Notes: generated from the letters alone by a model not told the origin. A stretch of DNA of 64,000 bases from Myxococcota bacterium (GCA_965140415.1 OZ223209.1:1984001-2048000), one strand, 5' to 3'; counted from the first letter of the stretch, positions 10,246 through 19,395 are shown. Program-made: numbers and translations.

Positions 10246-10434
10246 ATGCCTGAATTGACCGATACCCAGGTGCTGATTCTCTTCGTTGCCGCCTGGTTCA
10301 TCTTGCAGCGTTTCATTCTGCCCCGCCTGGGCGTGTCCACCTGAATGGCCGAATCCTGTCGCGTGCCGACGGAAAACAAATCCTCCCAAACGGAACCGCA
10401 AGCTTCCGACACAGACGAAGACGAAACGAAGTAG
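10246..10434 (+). CDS. Small single-TM protein; 32 aa if UGA 10342-10344 is a stop, 62 aa if read as selenocysteine
   Basis: AAGGAAG RBS, then MPELTDTQVLILFVAAWFILQRFILPRLGVST-UGA-MAESCRVP...ETK-UAG; hairpin right after the UGA. Confidence 0.6.
10354..10373 (+). promoter_or_regulatory. Candidate bacterial SECIS hairpin
   Basis: UCC-(bulged U)-GUCG / loop CGUGC / CGACGGA; the loop starts 17 nt after the in-frame UGA and has G at its second position. Confidence 0.5.
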
Positions 10435-10637
10435 CGCAGGGCAACTTGCTGCATTGCAAGGTTTTAGGGGGGAATCCATTTCCGGGAGGCCGTGTGTAAC
10501 TTAATGAAAACACACAGCCTTCCACGATCTAGGATCGCGTAAGACTATGGCACAAAATCAAGGAATCAGTGGCTATAAATGACGGATACCCAGTTTAGTC
10601 GTTCAGATTGTGCGTGAGCGAAAACCGTTGGGCGAGT

Positions 10638-11225
10638 TTATTTCTCTTTCCCTTTGCGTTGGGCGGCTTGCTGCTTGGCCTTTTCCGGGCCGGTGGGTTC
10701 CAGTCGCGCCAGCATGACGTGCGACTCCATGAAAAAGCCCGCCTGCCGGTAGAGATTCATGGCGTTGTCGTTTTTCTGCAACACATTCAAGCGCAGAAAG
10801 CGCGCGCCCGCCTTTTGCGAACGGCGCTTGAATTCGTTCATTAGCCGTTTGCCGATGCCCATCTGGCGGTAATCCGGGGCCACCACCAGTGAATACAAAA
10901 AGCCGATGGTCTCCGGGAAAAAGAGATCCTCGTCCACGCCGTACCAGGCCACACCCACGATGCTGCCCTCGATCACCGCTACAAGCACCTTGTGCTTTTC
11001 CTGGCGGTACCACTGCGCCAGCAGTTTGCGATGCTCGCGAATCAGTTCCGCCTCGCGCAGAGGACGCCCGGAGAGCGGGTGGATGTCCCAGTTTTCCCGG
11101 AGGTTGTCGCGATCCACCGCCCAGACCTGTCTCATTTCCTCCGGTTTGGCATAGCGAATCGAAACCCGCCCCTTACGCGAAGACGCCGCCGCTTTGGCTT
11201 TCGTGGCTGTCCCCTGCTTCTCCAC
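10638..11225 (-). CDS. GNAT family N-acetyltransferase
   Basis: LVVAPDYRQMGIGKRLM motif A, N..A..LY...GF. Start reassigned to GTG 11225 (GAGGT RBS) to avoid overlap with the upstream gene. Confidence 0.88.
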   Translation of the reverse strand: MEKQGTATKAKAAASSRKGRVSIRYAKPEEMRQVWAVDRDNLRENWDIHPLSGRPLREAELIREHRKLLAQWYRQEKHKVLVAVIEGSIVGVAWYGVDEDLFFPETIGFLYSLVVAPDYRQMGIGKRLMNEFKRRSQKAGARFLRLNVLQKNDNAMNLYRQAGFFMESHVMLARLEPTGPEKAKQQAAQRKGKEK

Positions 11226-11230
11226 GATAC

Positions 11231-11626
11231 TTACCTCTTTTTCCGTTGTTGGGATTTCTCCGGCGCCGGGTAGCGCAGTTCCTGCAATTGTTCGCGCTCC
11301 ATGCCGATCCAGAAGTCGTCCGGGTTGCCCGGTGGATGAAAGAGCCATTCCTCGACATTCTGCTTGAATTCGTTCGGCTCGGCCTTGCGCAGAAAGACGA
11401 AGGGCACGCCGTCGTCGCGTAAAAGTTCATCGCCCGGCTGTAACGCATCGGCATCGACCGGACGGCCATTCATCCAGCTTTCCGGCGGACCGGAAGGCGC
11501 GTCTTTGGCGTTCAACTCCGACATTTTACCGGAGAAAAAGCGCACGATCACGCCGAAAAACGCAAAGAATAGAATCACTTTGAGAATCTGCCACCACAGG
11601 GGATTGTCGGCTAACGTCCCTTCCAC
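11231..11626 (-). CDS. Hypothetical protein with N-terminal membrane anchor
   Basis: Hydrophobic N-terminus; fits tightly between the crotonase and GNAT genes in the same orientation. Confidence 0.6.
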   Translation of the reverse strand: MEGTLADNPLWWQILKVILFFAFFGVIVRFFSGKMSELNAKDAPSGPPESWMNGRPVDADALQPGDELLRDDGVPFVFLRKAEPNEFKQNVEEWLFHPPGNPDDFWIGMEREQLQELRYPAPEKSQQRKKR

Positions 11627-12387
11627 TCCGGTTTCCTTTTCTGTAAGAACGAGAGCACCCCCTCGCGGGCGTCTTCGGTCTGCATGTTCAGCGCGTGTTG
11701 CGCCAGTAAATACTGCATGGATTCCGCATAGCTCATCCGGTCGATGGCCTGGAAGGCTTCCCGTCCCAACCGAATGGCCGCCGGGGAGAAATCCGCAATC
11801 TTTCCAAGTAGATCATCCACCTTCGCATCCAGTTCTTCCCTGGCTACGACCGCATTGAGCATCCCCAGTTTTTCAGCCTGGGCGGCGGTTACTTGCTGGG
11901 CGGTCAATACCAGTTCCTGCGCCTTTTTGGGACCGACGTGCCGCTGCAACAGCGCCAGAATCAACATGGGAAACAGACCCACTTTCAATTCCGGGCAGCC
12001 CAGACGAACGTCCGGGCAGGCCAGCGCCAGATCACAGGCCAGCAGAATCGCCAGTCCGATTCCCAGGGCGTGACCGTTCACGCGCGCCAGAATCGGCTTT
12101 TGCAACTGGTTGATATCAATCAACAAGTCCACGATATCACGGTTTGCGTCGTAGCGGGAAATGACTCCGGCGTCGTTCTGATCGCGCCCCAGATCGCCTC
12201 CCGCACAGAATACGGTATCGCCAGCGCCTGTCAGCACGATGGCGCGCACGTCGTGATCGTGATTGGCGCGGCTCAAGTTCGCACGCAGAACATTGACGAC
12301 GGCGGACGTGATGCTGTTTCGTCGTTGTGGACGATTGATGGTGATCCAGGCGATCAATCCCCGTTTTTCGTAGAGAACCTCATCCAT
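11611..12387 (-). CDS. Enoyl-CoA hydratase/isomerase (crotonase) family protein
   Basis: ITINRPQRRNS, FCAGGDL, KPILARVNGHALG, PELKVGLFP, EGVLSFLQKRKPEWKG. Confidence 0.93.
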   Translation of the reverse strand: MDEVLYEKRGLIAWITINRPQRRNSITSAVVNVLRANLSRANHDHDVRAIVLTGAGDTVFCAGGDLGRDQNDAGVISRYDANRDIVDLLIDINQLQKPILARVNGHALGIGLAILLACDLALACPDVRLGCPELKVGLFPMLILALLQRHVGPKKAQELVLTAQQVTAAQAEKLGMLNAVVAREELDAKVDDLLGKIADFSPAAIRLGREAFQAIDRMSYAESMQYLLAQHALNMQTEDAREGVLSFLQKRKPEWKGR

Positions 12388-12524
12388 GACCCACTCTCCC
12401 GCAGCCAATCAATCAACAAAGCCTAGCAGAGCCAGGCAGTGAAGTAAAGGAAATGCGTATTGGCATGAACGCCTGAATATCGGACACGAAATGGATGTTT
12501 ATGCAAGTAGGATAGGGGGTTACC

Positions 12525-12845
12525 TTAGCCGGGGAGAACGACTTTCGGTTCTTCGGGATGCGGCGCGTACAGCATGATCACATGCCCGATTTTCTGAACG
12601 CAGGTGGCCGACGTTTCCGCCTCGATCTGGGCGATGATCAGTTTGGGGTCCAATGCGCAGCCCTTACCGATGCGAACTTTGATGATTTCGTGGTCCAGCA
12701 GCGCCAGCCGAATGGCCTCCAGTTGCGGCAGATCCACTCCGTTTTTTCCAAGGATGACCACGGCGTCCAGATGATGCCCCAACGAGCGAAGATAGCGTTT
12801 TTGTTTTCCGGTCAGTTTCACGTTGCGTCCTTTCGATCCAAACAT
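12525..12845 (-). CDS. yhbY: CRM-domain RNA-binding protein YhbY
   Basis: LTGKQKRYLRSLGHHL..V..GKNG, HEIIKV, VQKIG; true start may be the GTG of VKLTG. Confidence 0.9.
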   Translation of the reverse strand: MFGSKGRNVKLTGKQKRYLRSLGHHLDAVVILGKNGVDLPQLEAIRLALLDHEIIKVRIGKGCALDPKLIIAQIEAETSATCVQKIGHVIMLYAPHPEEPKVVLPG

Positions 12846-12992
12846 GGATGCACGCCTATATCATGGGTTTATCAAAGATGCAACTGGAGATTTTCAAATG
12901 CTCCAGAATGATTAATAATATTAGGAATTACGGAACGCTACAAGAAGTTACGGAACGCAACAAAATTAATGAATTTCGGTTCATGTTAAACC

Positions 12993-13020
12993 TTGACATG
13001 AAATCTAACAGGAATATAAT
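12993..13020 (+). promoter_or_regulatory. Consensus sigma70 promoter upstream of the Cys-rich gene cluster
   Basis: TTGACA (12993-12998), 16-nt spacer, TATAAT (13015-13020), AT-rich upstream region. Confidence 0.8.
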
Positions 13021-13142
13021 CAAGTATCGGATCTTTTGTAGGTTCGCCACGGGCCTGCCGAAGTAAATCATGTGGAGATCATTACGAAAAGCCCTCGTGT
13101 GTCTCTGGTTTTTTATGTTGAGGGACGGAAGGAAGAGTTGTG

Positions 13143-14234
13143 ATGCGAATGGCGAATTACGGATGGTGCAAGTATGGCATGATGCTGGCCTTGTTGCTCG
13201 TTGCCTCTCTGGCGATGCTGCAATGTGATGATTCCGGATCCACGGGTGTTGATGGCGACGACACCACTTCTCAATGTGTTTCGCATCAGGATTGCCCCAT
13301 CGGTTTCTCCTGTAATATAACCAGTGGCGTTTGCGGTCAGGATCCTTACGCGGTGCTGTGCACCTCGGATGTCGATTGCAACGTCGATTATACCTGCTAC
13401 ATTTCAGCGGATTCGCTGGATGGCACCGGCAAATGCGTTCCGATTACCGTTGTTGACGGCGATCCGAATATCGGCGATGGCGATACCAGCACGGGATGCA
13501 CGACGGATGACCAGTGCGAAGCCACCGAGTTCTGCTATCAGGGAACCTGCCAGGACAAGAACCCCACCTGCACCGGCAATGCCGATTGCTGGCCGGGTCA
13601 GTATTGTGATCCCACCGATGGCATCTGCAAGGGTGAGATTGTGATTGATGGTGACAAAGACACGGTCGATGGCGATCCGGATGCGGTGATCGATGGCGAT
13701 GATGACAACGTCGTAGACGGCGATCCTGACACGGTTGACGGTGATGAGGATGAACCGGTCGATGGTGACATTCCGGTCGGTCAGCCCTGCGATCGCACCA
13801 GCGACTGCCCCGTTGGCTCTGTCTGCGGCCCCTCGGGTGTCTGCATCGAGCATTGTCAGACTTCCGGTTGCACGGCTCCGGCCCACTGCAACCCCAACAA
13901 TGGCTACTGCGAATACTGTGATCAGACCTGCGCTGCCAGCCAGTGCTGCAACTACAACGTGGACTTCTGGTACTGCGGCGGCTGCTGTGTACCTCCCTGC
14001 TCCGCGGGTAACGCCTGCCAGGCGGGAACCTGCATTCCGTTGCAGTGCCCCACCTGCTCGCCGGGTGAATACTGCGATGGCGCCAACACCGGTTACATCT
14101 GCGTGGACGATCCCACTCAGGACACCGGCGAAGGCGAGCGCGGCAACGTAAGCTGCCTGCCGGCCAACTCCGCCTGCATCGAAGGCGTGGACATCTGTTG
14201 CAGTGGCACCTGCCTGATGGGCACCTGCCTGTAA
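13143..14234 (+). CDS. Secreted Cys-rich protein (probable lipoprotein) with DGD linkers and a C-terminal knottin-like module
   Basis: Signal ending in MLQC; C-x4-D/E-C repeats; VDGD repeats; CCNYxxDFWYCG module; terminal C-C-CC-C-C. Confidence 0.85.
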   Translation: MRMANYGWCKYGMMLALLLVASLAMLQCDDSGSTGVDGDDTTSQCVSHQDCPIGFSCNITSGVCGQDPYAVLCTSDVDCNVDYTCYISADSLDGTGKCVPITVVDGDPNIGDGDTSTGCTTDDQCEATEFCYQGTCQDKNPTCTGNADCWPGQYCDPTDGICKGEIVIDGDKDTVDGDPDAVIDGDDDNVVDGDPDTVDGDEDEPVDGDIPVGQPCDRTSDCPVGSVCGPSGVCIEHCQTSGCTAPAHCNPNNGYCEYCDQTCAASQCCNYNVDFWYCGGCCVPPCSAGNACQAGTCIPLQCPTCSPGEYCDGANTGYICVDDPTQDTGEGERGNVSCLPANSACIEGVDICCSGTCLMGTCL

Positions 14235-14257
14235 TCGCACACAGCGCATAAACATGC

Positions 14258-14294
14258 AAAACCGGCGAGTCTTTTCGGCTCGTCGGTTTTTTTT
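14258..14294 (+). terminator. Rho-independent terminator
   Basis: ACCGGCGAGTC / GGCTCGTCGGT stem followed by a long T run. Confidence 0.85.
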
Positions 14295-14401
14295 GTTGAA
14301 CCGATTGTATGTAAGCTGTTACACTTCTTTCATCTGCAACAAGTACAACACATTCGCATCGATATCGAATCCTTGGTAGCGCTGTAGGAAAGGAGCGAAA
14401 G

Positions 14402-15751
14402 ATGGGCCATTTCAAAGGTATTGCATGGCGTTTGGCCGCTTTGCTGATTTCTGGAATTGTCGTAATCGGCTGTTACGATCAGACCTCTTTGACCTTTGGA
14501 GCAGGTGATGAGGATACGGCACCGGGCGGCTGCCGGACCGATCTCGATTGCCCGGAAGGATACTCCTGCGATGCCGATGGGCAATGCGTGCAAGATCCTT
14601 ATGCCAACGGATGCAGCGAAGACAGTGATTGTGTGAGTGGATACGAATGTGTTATCGATCCGAAAACAGGGGAGGGTATCTGTCGCCTGCTGGTTGATGG
14701 CGATGTGGAACCGGAATGCGTGAAAGACGAAGATTGCAGTACGGGGATGATTTGCGTACAGGGAGAATGCCGGATCAAGCGAGATTGCGAGCGCGATGCA
14801 GACTGTCCCCCCAATTTCCGATGTAACCAGCAGACTTGGCAGTGCGAAGAGGTTATTGGTCCTGTCGATGGGGATTTCGATGCGGACCTGGAGCTGGAAC
14901 TGGAACAGGAAGAAGATGCGTTCCCACTGACCTGTCAAGGCACGGCTAATTGTCCGGTTGGATATGTGTGCAGCTTGGATGGAATCTGCATTCCAAGCTG
15001 CGAGCAGACCGGTTGCTTGTATGGCATCTGCAATGTCGAAAGCGGTTTGTGTGAATACTGCGATCCGCCTTGCCCGGATACCCAGTGTTGTAATTACGCA
15101 TTCGACTTTTGGTACTGTGGAACATGTTGCCGACCGCCCTGTCCTCCAAATCAAGTTTGTCAAGCGGGTGACTGTATCAGTGTCGAATGCCCACCTTGTC
15201 CGCCGGGGCAAATATGCGGAGCTGAAACCGGCTTTATCTGCATGGATATCATCCAACCGGATGGCGACGTCGAACAGGATGCGGACCCGGACCTTATACC
15301 ATCGTTCTGCCGGTCTACTGAGGATTGTCCACGCGGGTATGTTTGCAACGAGCAGGGCAAGTGCGAACCTTCTTGCATCCTGACCGGCTGTGAATTCGGC
15401 ACCTGTAATACGAACACCGGAGAATGCGAATTCTGCGATCCGCCTTGTCCGGATGGAAGGTGCTGTAATTACAACATGGATTTCTGGTATTGTGGAAGCT
15501 GTTGCAATCCTCCCTGCGAAGACGGCATGGCTTGTCAGGGAGGAGCCTGCATTCCCCTGCAATGTCCGCGTTGTCCGCCCTGGCAGCAGTGTGGACCGGA
15601 AACCGGGTATGTTTGCGAGGATATCTGGACCGATGGCGATGTGATCTGGGGAAAACAAGGCAAAACAACGTGTTTGCCGGCAAATTCCTCCTGCATCGAA
15701 GGCGTGGATTTTTGTTGCAGCGGCACCTGTCTGATGGGCACCTGCCTGTAA
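14402..15751 (+). CDS. Cys-rich lipoprotein, paralogue of 13143-14234, with two CCNYxxDFWYCG modules
   Basis: Lipobox VIGC; QDPYA motif and C-terminal 26 aa shared with the upstream gene. Confidence 0.85.
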   Translation: MGHFKGIAWRLAALLISGIVVIGCYDQTSLTFGAGDEDTAPGGCRTDLDCPEGYSCDADGQCVQDPYANGCSEDSDCVSGYECVIDPKTGEGICRLLVDGDVEPECVKDEDCSTGMICVQGECRIKRDCERDADCPPNFRCNQQTWQCEEVIGPVDGDFDADLELELEQEEDAFPLTCQGTANCPVGYVCSLDGICIPSCEQTGCLYGICNVESGLCEYCDPPCPDTQCCNYAFDFWYCGTCCRPPCPPNQVCQAGDCISVECPPCPPGQICGAETGFICMDIIQPDGDVEQDADPDLIPSFCRSTEDCPRGYVCNEQGKCEPSCILTGCEFGTCNTNTGECEFCDPPCPDGRCCNYNMDFWYCGSCCNPPCEDGMACQGGACIPLQCPRCPPWQQCGPETGYVCEDIWTDGDVIWGKQGKTTCLPANSSCIEGVDFCCSGTCLMGTCL

Positions 15752-15833
15752 ACGTCGAATAGTGTAACGAGTTGACTTTCCTTTGTGAAAACGGGTTTAT
15801 ATGGGCGAATGGTCGGCGAAACGTCCGGTTTCG

Positions 15834-16002
15834 TCCGGTTCTCGCTTACAATGATGGGGTGCATCACAAGAAGTTGCAAATCTGTATGATTATAGGGTGG
15901 CGCGGGCTAAGCCGCAGGCTTGCCCGTGTTCGAGGGACACATGGGCAAGCTCCGTTTCTCTTCGCTTGGCCAATGCCACCCATCCGGTTCTCGCTTACAA
16001 TG
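15834..16002. repeat. 20-bp direct repeats flanking a long imperfect palindrome (REP-like)
   Basis: TCCGGTTCTCGCTTACAATG at 15834 and 15983; GGGTGGC...GCTTGCCCGTGT/ACATGGGCAAGC...GCCACCC at 15895-15981. Confidence 0.7.
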
Positions 16003-16099
16003 CGGAATACATCGGAAAATTGGTTTACACGGCGGCGGATTCGAGCTAGCATACAAGATGGTTTTTGGAACGCCTAACTGTAAGTGATAGGAAGAAGAT

Positions 16100-17911
16100 A
16101 TGTTCAAATCGAGGTGGATAACTGCTGGTTGTATTTTCATATTGTTGTTCATAGCGGGTTGCAATGGCAACGACACGAACATGATTTTCACCGATGGCGA
16201 CGAGCAGATTCCCGCAGACGGCGACGGGGATTTGGATGTGCCGGAAAACGAAATCGACCAGGAAGTCATTCCTTGTGAAGAAGGCGAGCTACTCTGCGAA
16301 GATGACAGCACCCTGCTGGTATGCAATGCCGAGGGAATCTGGGTATTGAAGAAGGTTTGTGAGAACGGCGAAAGCTGCATCGATGGTAGTTGCCAATCTC
16401 CGCTACCCGACGGCGACAATCTCCTGCCGGATGGCGATGACCCACAGCCCGATGGCGATGACCCACAGCCCGATGGCGATGACCCTCAGCCCGACGGCGA
16501 CGATCCTCAGCCCGACGGCGACGATCCACTGCCGGATGGCGATCAGGTCGTTCATTGTGTGGAACATACGGACTGTGCCTATGGTATGGCTTGCAATCCT
16601 ACCGGTGCCGGTGATGGCTGCGAAATGCGCATGGCGTGCAACGAAGATGCCGATTGCGAGAATCCGCGCCTGATGTGTGCTGAAATGGAAAACTGGAAGG
16701 AATGTGCACCCACACCGGATGAATGCATGGAAGATGACGAATGCGAGTTCGGCTTTGCCTGTCAAGAGGGAGAAGACGGCTATAACGATTGCGTAGACAC
16801 CAACGAGTGCGCATTGTCTACCGACTGTGACGAGAATATGGTGTGCGTCCAAACGGATACGCGCTGGGTGTGTCAACCGGATGGCCAGGCTTGTACCGAG
16901 CATAGCGACTGTGAATTCGGCTACGAATGTCACACCGAGTTCGAGCAGCCGATCTGTTTGTATGCCAGCGAGTGTACCGTCGATGCGGATTGCCCTTCCT
17001 ATCAGCGTTGCCAGGTGGAAGAAAACTGGAAAGCCTGCAAGATCGATTTCAATGCGTTCTGTCAAAGCGATGCCGATTGCGAGTTCGGCGAAACCTGCGA
17101 CATTCTATTTTCCAATTACGGTTCCTGCAAATCCATGAACATCTGTACTTCCGATCGCGAATGTCCGACCGGTTTCGAATGCGAAAGTAACGGAACCTAC
17201 ATGGATTGCGTTGAAGTTGCCCCCTGCGTAACCGATGCCGATTGCGGTTTCGGATTCCGTTGCGTAGCTCAGCAGCCGAAAAACCTTTGTGAATACGCCA
17301 ACCAGTGCAGTTCCGATGCCGATTGCGGCTATATGCAGGAATGCGCCGTCAGCGGCAATTGGACGAGTTGTACCACGCATTTCCCGGATGTGTGCACCGG
17401 CGATGATAGTTGCGCCGAGGATGAATACTGCGACACGCTACTGGGACCACTGGGCGAGTGCCGCTCGAAGAGCCAGTGCTTCGTCGATGAGGATTGTGGC
17501 GAAGGGATGGCTTGCGAGAGCAACGGTACCTTCAATGAGTGCGTGGCTGCCGACCCGGATGCCTGCTGGTTTGATTTCCAGTGCCAGGAAGACTGGCTCT
17601 GCCTGGACAATACCTGCAAGCCTCAATATGAAGGAATGTGTACGGATATCGAGGGCTTGTGGACGGTCTGGATTTCCGACTGCACCTTGATCATGACCGG
17701 CCAGACCTATGAATTCGTTCCGAAAGACGGATGCAACGGGGACATTCGCCTGGGTGATACGCAAGTTCCGGCTGGTTCTTTCGATGAAACGTCTACCAGT
17801 CATTACGATCTGACGATTGCTCTTGTGTTGCAATGTACTTCCGAAGTGACGCTGAACACCGTGATGTCGGTTGATTGCGGTAGTTGCACTGTGCAGTTAG
17901 GTCGGCTGTAA
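16100..17911 (+). CDS. Cys-rich repeat lipoprotein with a PDGDDPQ tandem repeat
   Basis: Lipobox IAGC; more than ten C-x4-[DE]-C-x4-C repeats; beta-rich C-terminus. Confidence 0.85.
   Translation: MFKSRWITAGCIFILLFIAGCNGNDTNMIFTDGDEQIPADGDGDLDVPENEIDQEVIPCEEGELLCEDDSTLLVCNAEGIWVLKKVCENGESCIDGSCQSPLPDGDNLLPDGDDPQPDGDDPQPDGDDPQPDGDDPQPDGDDPLPDGDQVVHCVEHTDCAYGMACNPTGAGDGCEMRMACNEDADCENPRLMCAEMENWKECAPTPDECMEDDECEFGFACQEGEDGYNDCVDTNECALSTDCDENMVCVQTDTRWVCQPDGQACTEHSDCEFGYECHTEFEQPICLYASECTVDADCPSYQRCQVEENWKACKIDFNAFCQSDADCEFGETCDILFSNYGSCKSMNICTSDRECPTGFECESNGTYMDCVEVAPCVTDADCGFGFRCVAQQPKNLCEYANQCSSDADCGYMQECAVSGNWTSCTTHFPDVCTGDDSCAEDEYCDTLLGPLGECRSKSQCFVDEDCGEGMACESNGTFNECVAADPDACWFDFQCQEDWLCLDNTCKPQYEGMCTDIEGLWTVWISDCTLIMTGQTYEFVPKDGCNGDIRLGDTQVPAGSFDETSTSHYDLTIALVLQCTSEVTLNTVMSVDCGSCTVQLGRL
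16406..16545 (+). repeat. 21-bp coding tandem repeat, about 7 units (PDGDDPQ)
   Basis: Variants of cccgatggcgatgacccacag repeated in frame. Confidence 0.9.
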
Positions 17912-18080
17912 CAGCTAGAATTTGTTACGAAAATTGTTTTTTGCGCGGCTTGTCTCTTCATGAGACGGCAAAGGTGTTTTCGGTTACGATGTCAGCGGCG
18001 TCCCCTTGACTTTTTTTGTCGACGGGGCTAGTGTGGCTTCGTAGCCTGAAGATAGAAATCGGTATTGCGAGGTAACGAGG

Positions 18081-19331
18081 ATGACACGGAAATTCCAGAA
18101 CTGGATAGGTCTTTTGCTGGCTATGTTGCTGATCGTCACCGGGGTTGTGTTGGCCTGCTCCAGCCTCGATTCGGGTGCATCGTCGGTTACGATTGGGCAT
18201 AGTTGTACCAATCTTGCAGATTGTTCCTACGGAGAGGAATGCGTAACCTATGGTGTTCGTTGCGACGATGCCGGGGAAAATTGCGAAGGCGCCTCGCTTT
18301 GCGTACCTCAATTCTGTGTAACCCATGCCGATTGCATCAATACCGACGAAATGAAATGCTGCAAGGGCCAGTGTGCCGACCGTGAAGCCTTTTGCGATGG
18401 TCCCTGCCAGGATAACAGCGATTGCGAAGAAGGGCTCTGTGTGGCGGGCGTTTGTACGAACATTCCGGGCGTTACCGGCGGCAGTTGTACAACCATCGAC
18501 GATTGCCCGGAAAATACGGTCTGCGTGGCCGGGCTGTGCATTGCCAATCCCGGTATCGATGGCGGCCAGTGCGACGATGATTCGGATTGCGAATCGGGAA
18601 ACTGCACGATGGGTTTCTGTACGCAGAGTGAAGGCCAGGATGGTCGTTGCGAAACGGCTGCGGATTGTACGGAAGAGGGTGCGGTCTGCGTGTTGGGACT
18701 GTGCATCGGTGGGAATTCTTCCATCGAATGTCAGAGCGATGAAGATTGTTTGCCGGGACAGAGTTGTGAAAATGGAACCTGCGAAGGCGATGTCGTGCTG
18801 ACCTGTGAAGTAAATGACGACTGCCCCAGTGGTTTTTACTGCGCCAGCGGCTTGTGTCGCCCGGAAATCACCGATTCTTGCATCCTGGATGAAGATTGCC
18901 AGGAAGGTCTGGTCTGCACGGAAGGGCAGTGTTTGCCTGAAGGTGTGGAGCTATGTGAAGATGATAGCGATTGCAGTAACGGTGCAACCTGCATTGCCGG
19001 TTTCTGCTTGGGCGGCGACAATCCCAGCGACGGTCGCTGCGAAGACGATTACGACTGTCCCGAGGGTGAAAGCTGTCTGATGACCTTCTGCGTGGAAGAC
19101 GGTCAGACTCCCGATACCTGCGAAGACGACTGGGATTGCCTGGGCGGAGAGCGCTGCATTCTTGGCGTTTGCATCGGCACGCCCCAGCCGGGTGGTCCCT
19201 GCCAGACCAACGATGACTGCTACAACGGCATCTGCCTGTTCGGTCAATGTTGGGGTTCCGGTCCGCAAACCTGTGAATCCGACTACGATTGTCCCACTGG
19301 ACAGGAATGCATTCTGCAAACCTGTATCTAG
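18081..19331 (+). CDS. Cys-rich repeat lipoprotein
   Basis: Lipobox VLAC; almost entirely C-x4-DC-x3-5-C-x2-G-x-C repeats. Confidence 0.85.
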   Translation: MTRKFQNWIGLLLAMLLIVTGVVLACSSLDSGASSVTIGHSCTNLADCSYGEECVTYGVRCDDAGENCEGASLCVPQFCVTHADCINTDEMKCCKGQCADREAFCDGPCQDNSDCEEGLCVAGVCTNIPGVTGGSCTTIDDCPENTVCVAGLCIANPGIDGGQCDDDSDCESGNCTMGFCTQSEGQDGRCETAADCTEEGAVCVLGLCIGGNSSIECQSDEDCLPGQSCENGTCEGDVVLTCEVNDDCPSGFYCASGLCRPEITDSCILDEDCQEGLVCTEGQCLPEGVELCEDDSDCSNGATCIAGFCLGGDNPSDGRCEDDYDCPEGESCLMTFCVEDGQTPDTCEDDWDCLGGERCILGVCIGTPQPGGPCQTNDDCYNGICLFGQCWGSGPQTCESDYDCPTGQECILQTCI

Positions 19332-19395
19332 GTGAAGTAAATTAAACTTCTTGTTCTTGCATGACCTCCCGGTAGTCTCATTTCGTGAGCTTCAT

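Noticed and set aside
11226-11348. N-terminal extension of the GNAT ORF
   Set aside because: Overlaps the upstream gene; better GTG start with RBS at 11225
13404-15658. Long antisense ORFs (283, 323, 442 aa), and similar ones opposite gyrA and 53177-55630
   Set aside because: Shadow frames of biased-codon genes with no recognisable motifs
14154-15751. Diversity-generating retroelement TR/VR pair (similar 3' ends)
   Set aside because: Differences are mostly synonymous and not adenine-specific, both copies are coding, and no reverse transcriptase is present
16406-16545. 21-bp repeats as CRISPR or iterons
   Set aside because: Contiguous in-frame coding repeat (PDGDDPQ) without spacers
13143-19331. 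Cys-rich proteins as multiheme cytochromes or RiPP precursors
   Set aside because: No repeated CxxCH motifs, and no radical SAM, YcaO, LanM or transporter genes adjacent
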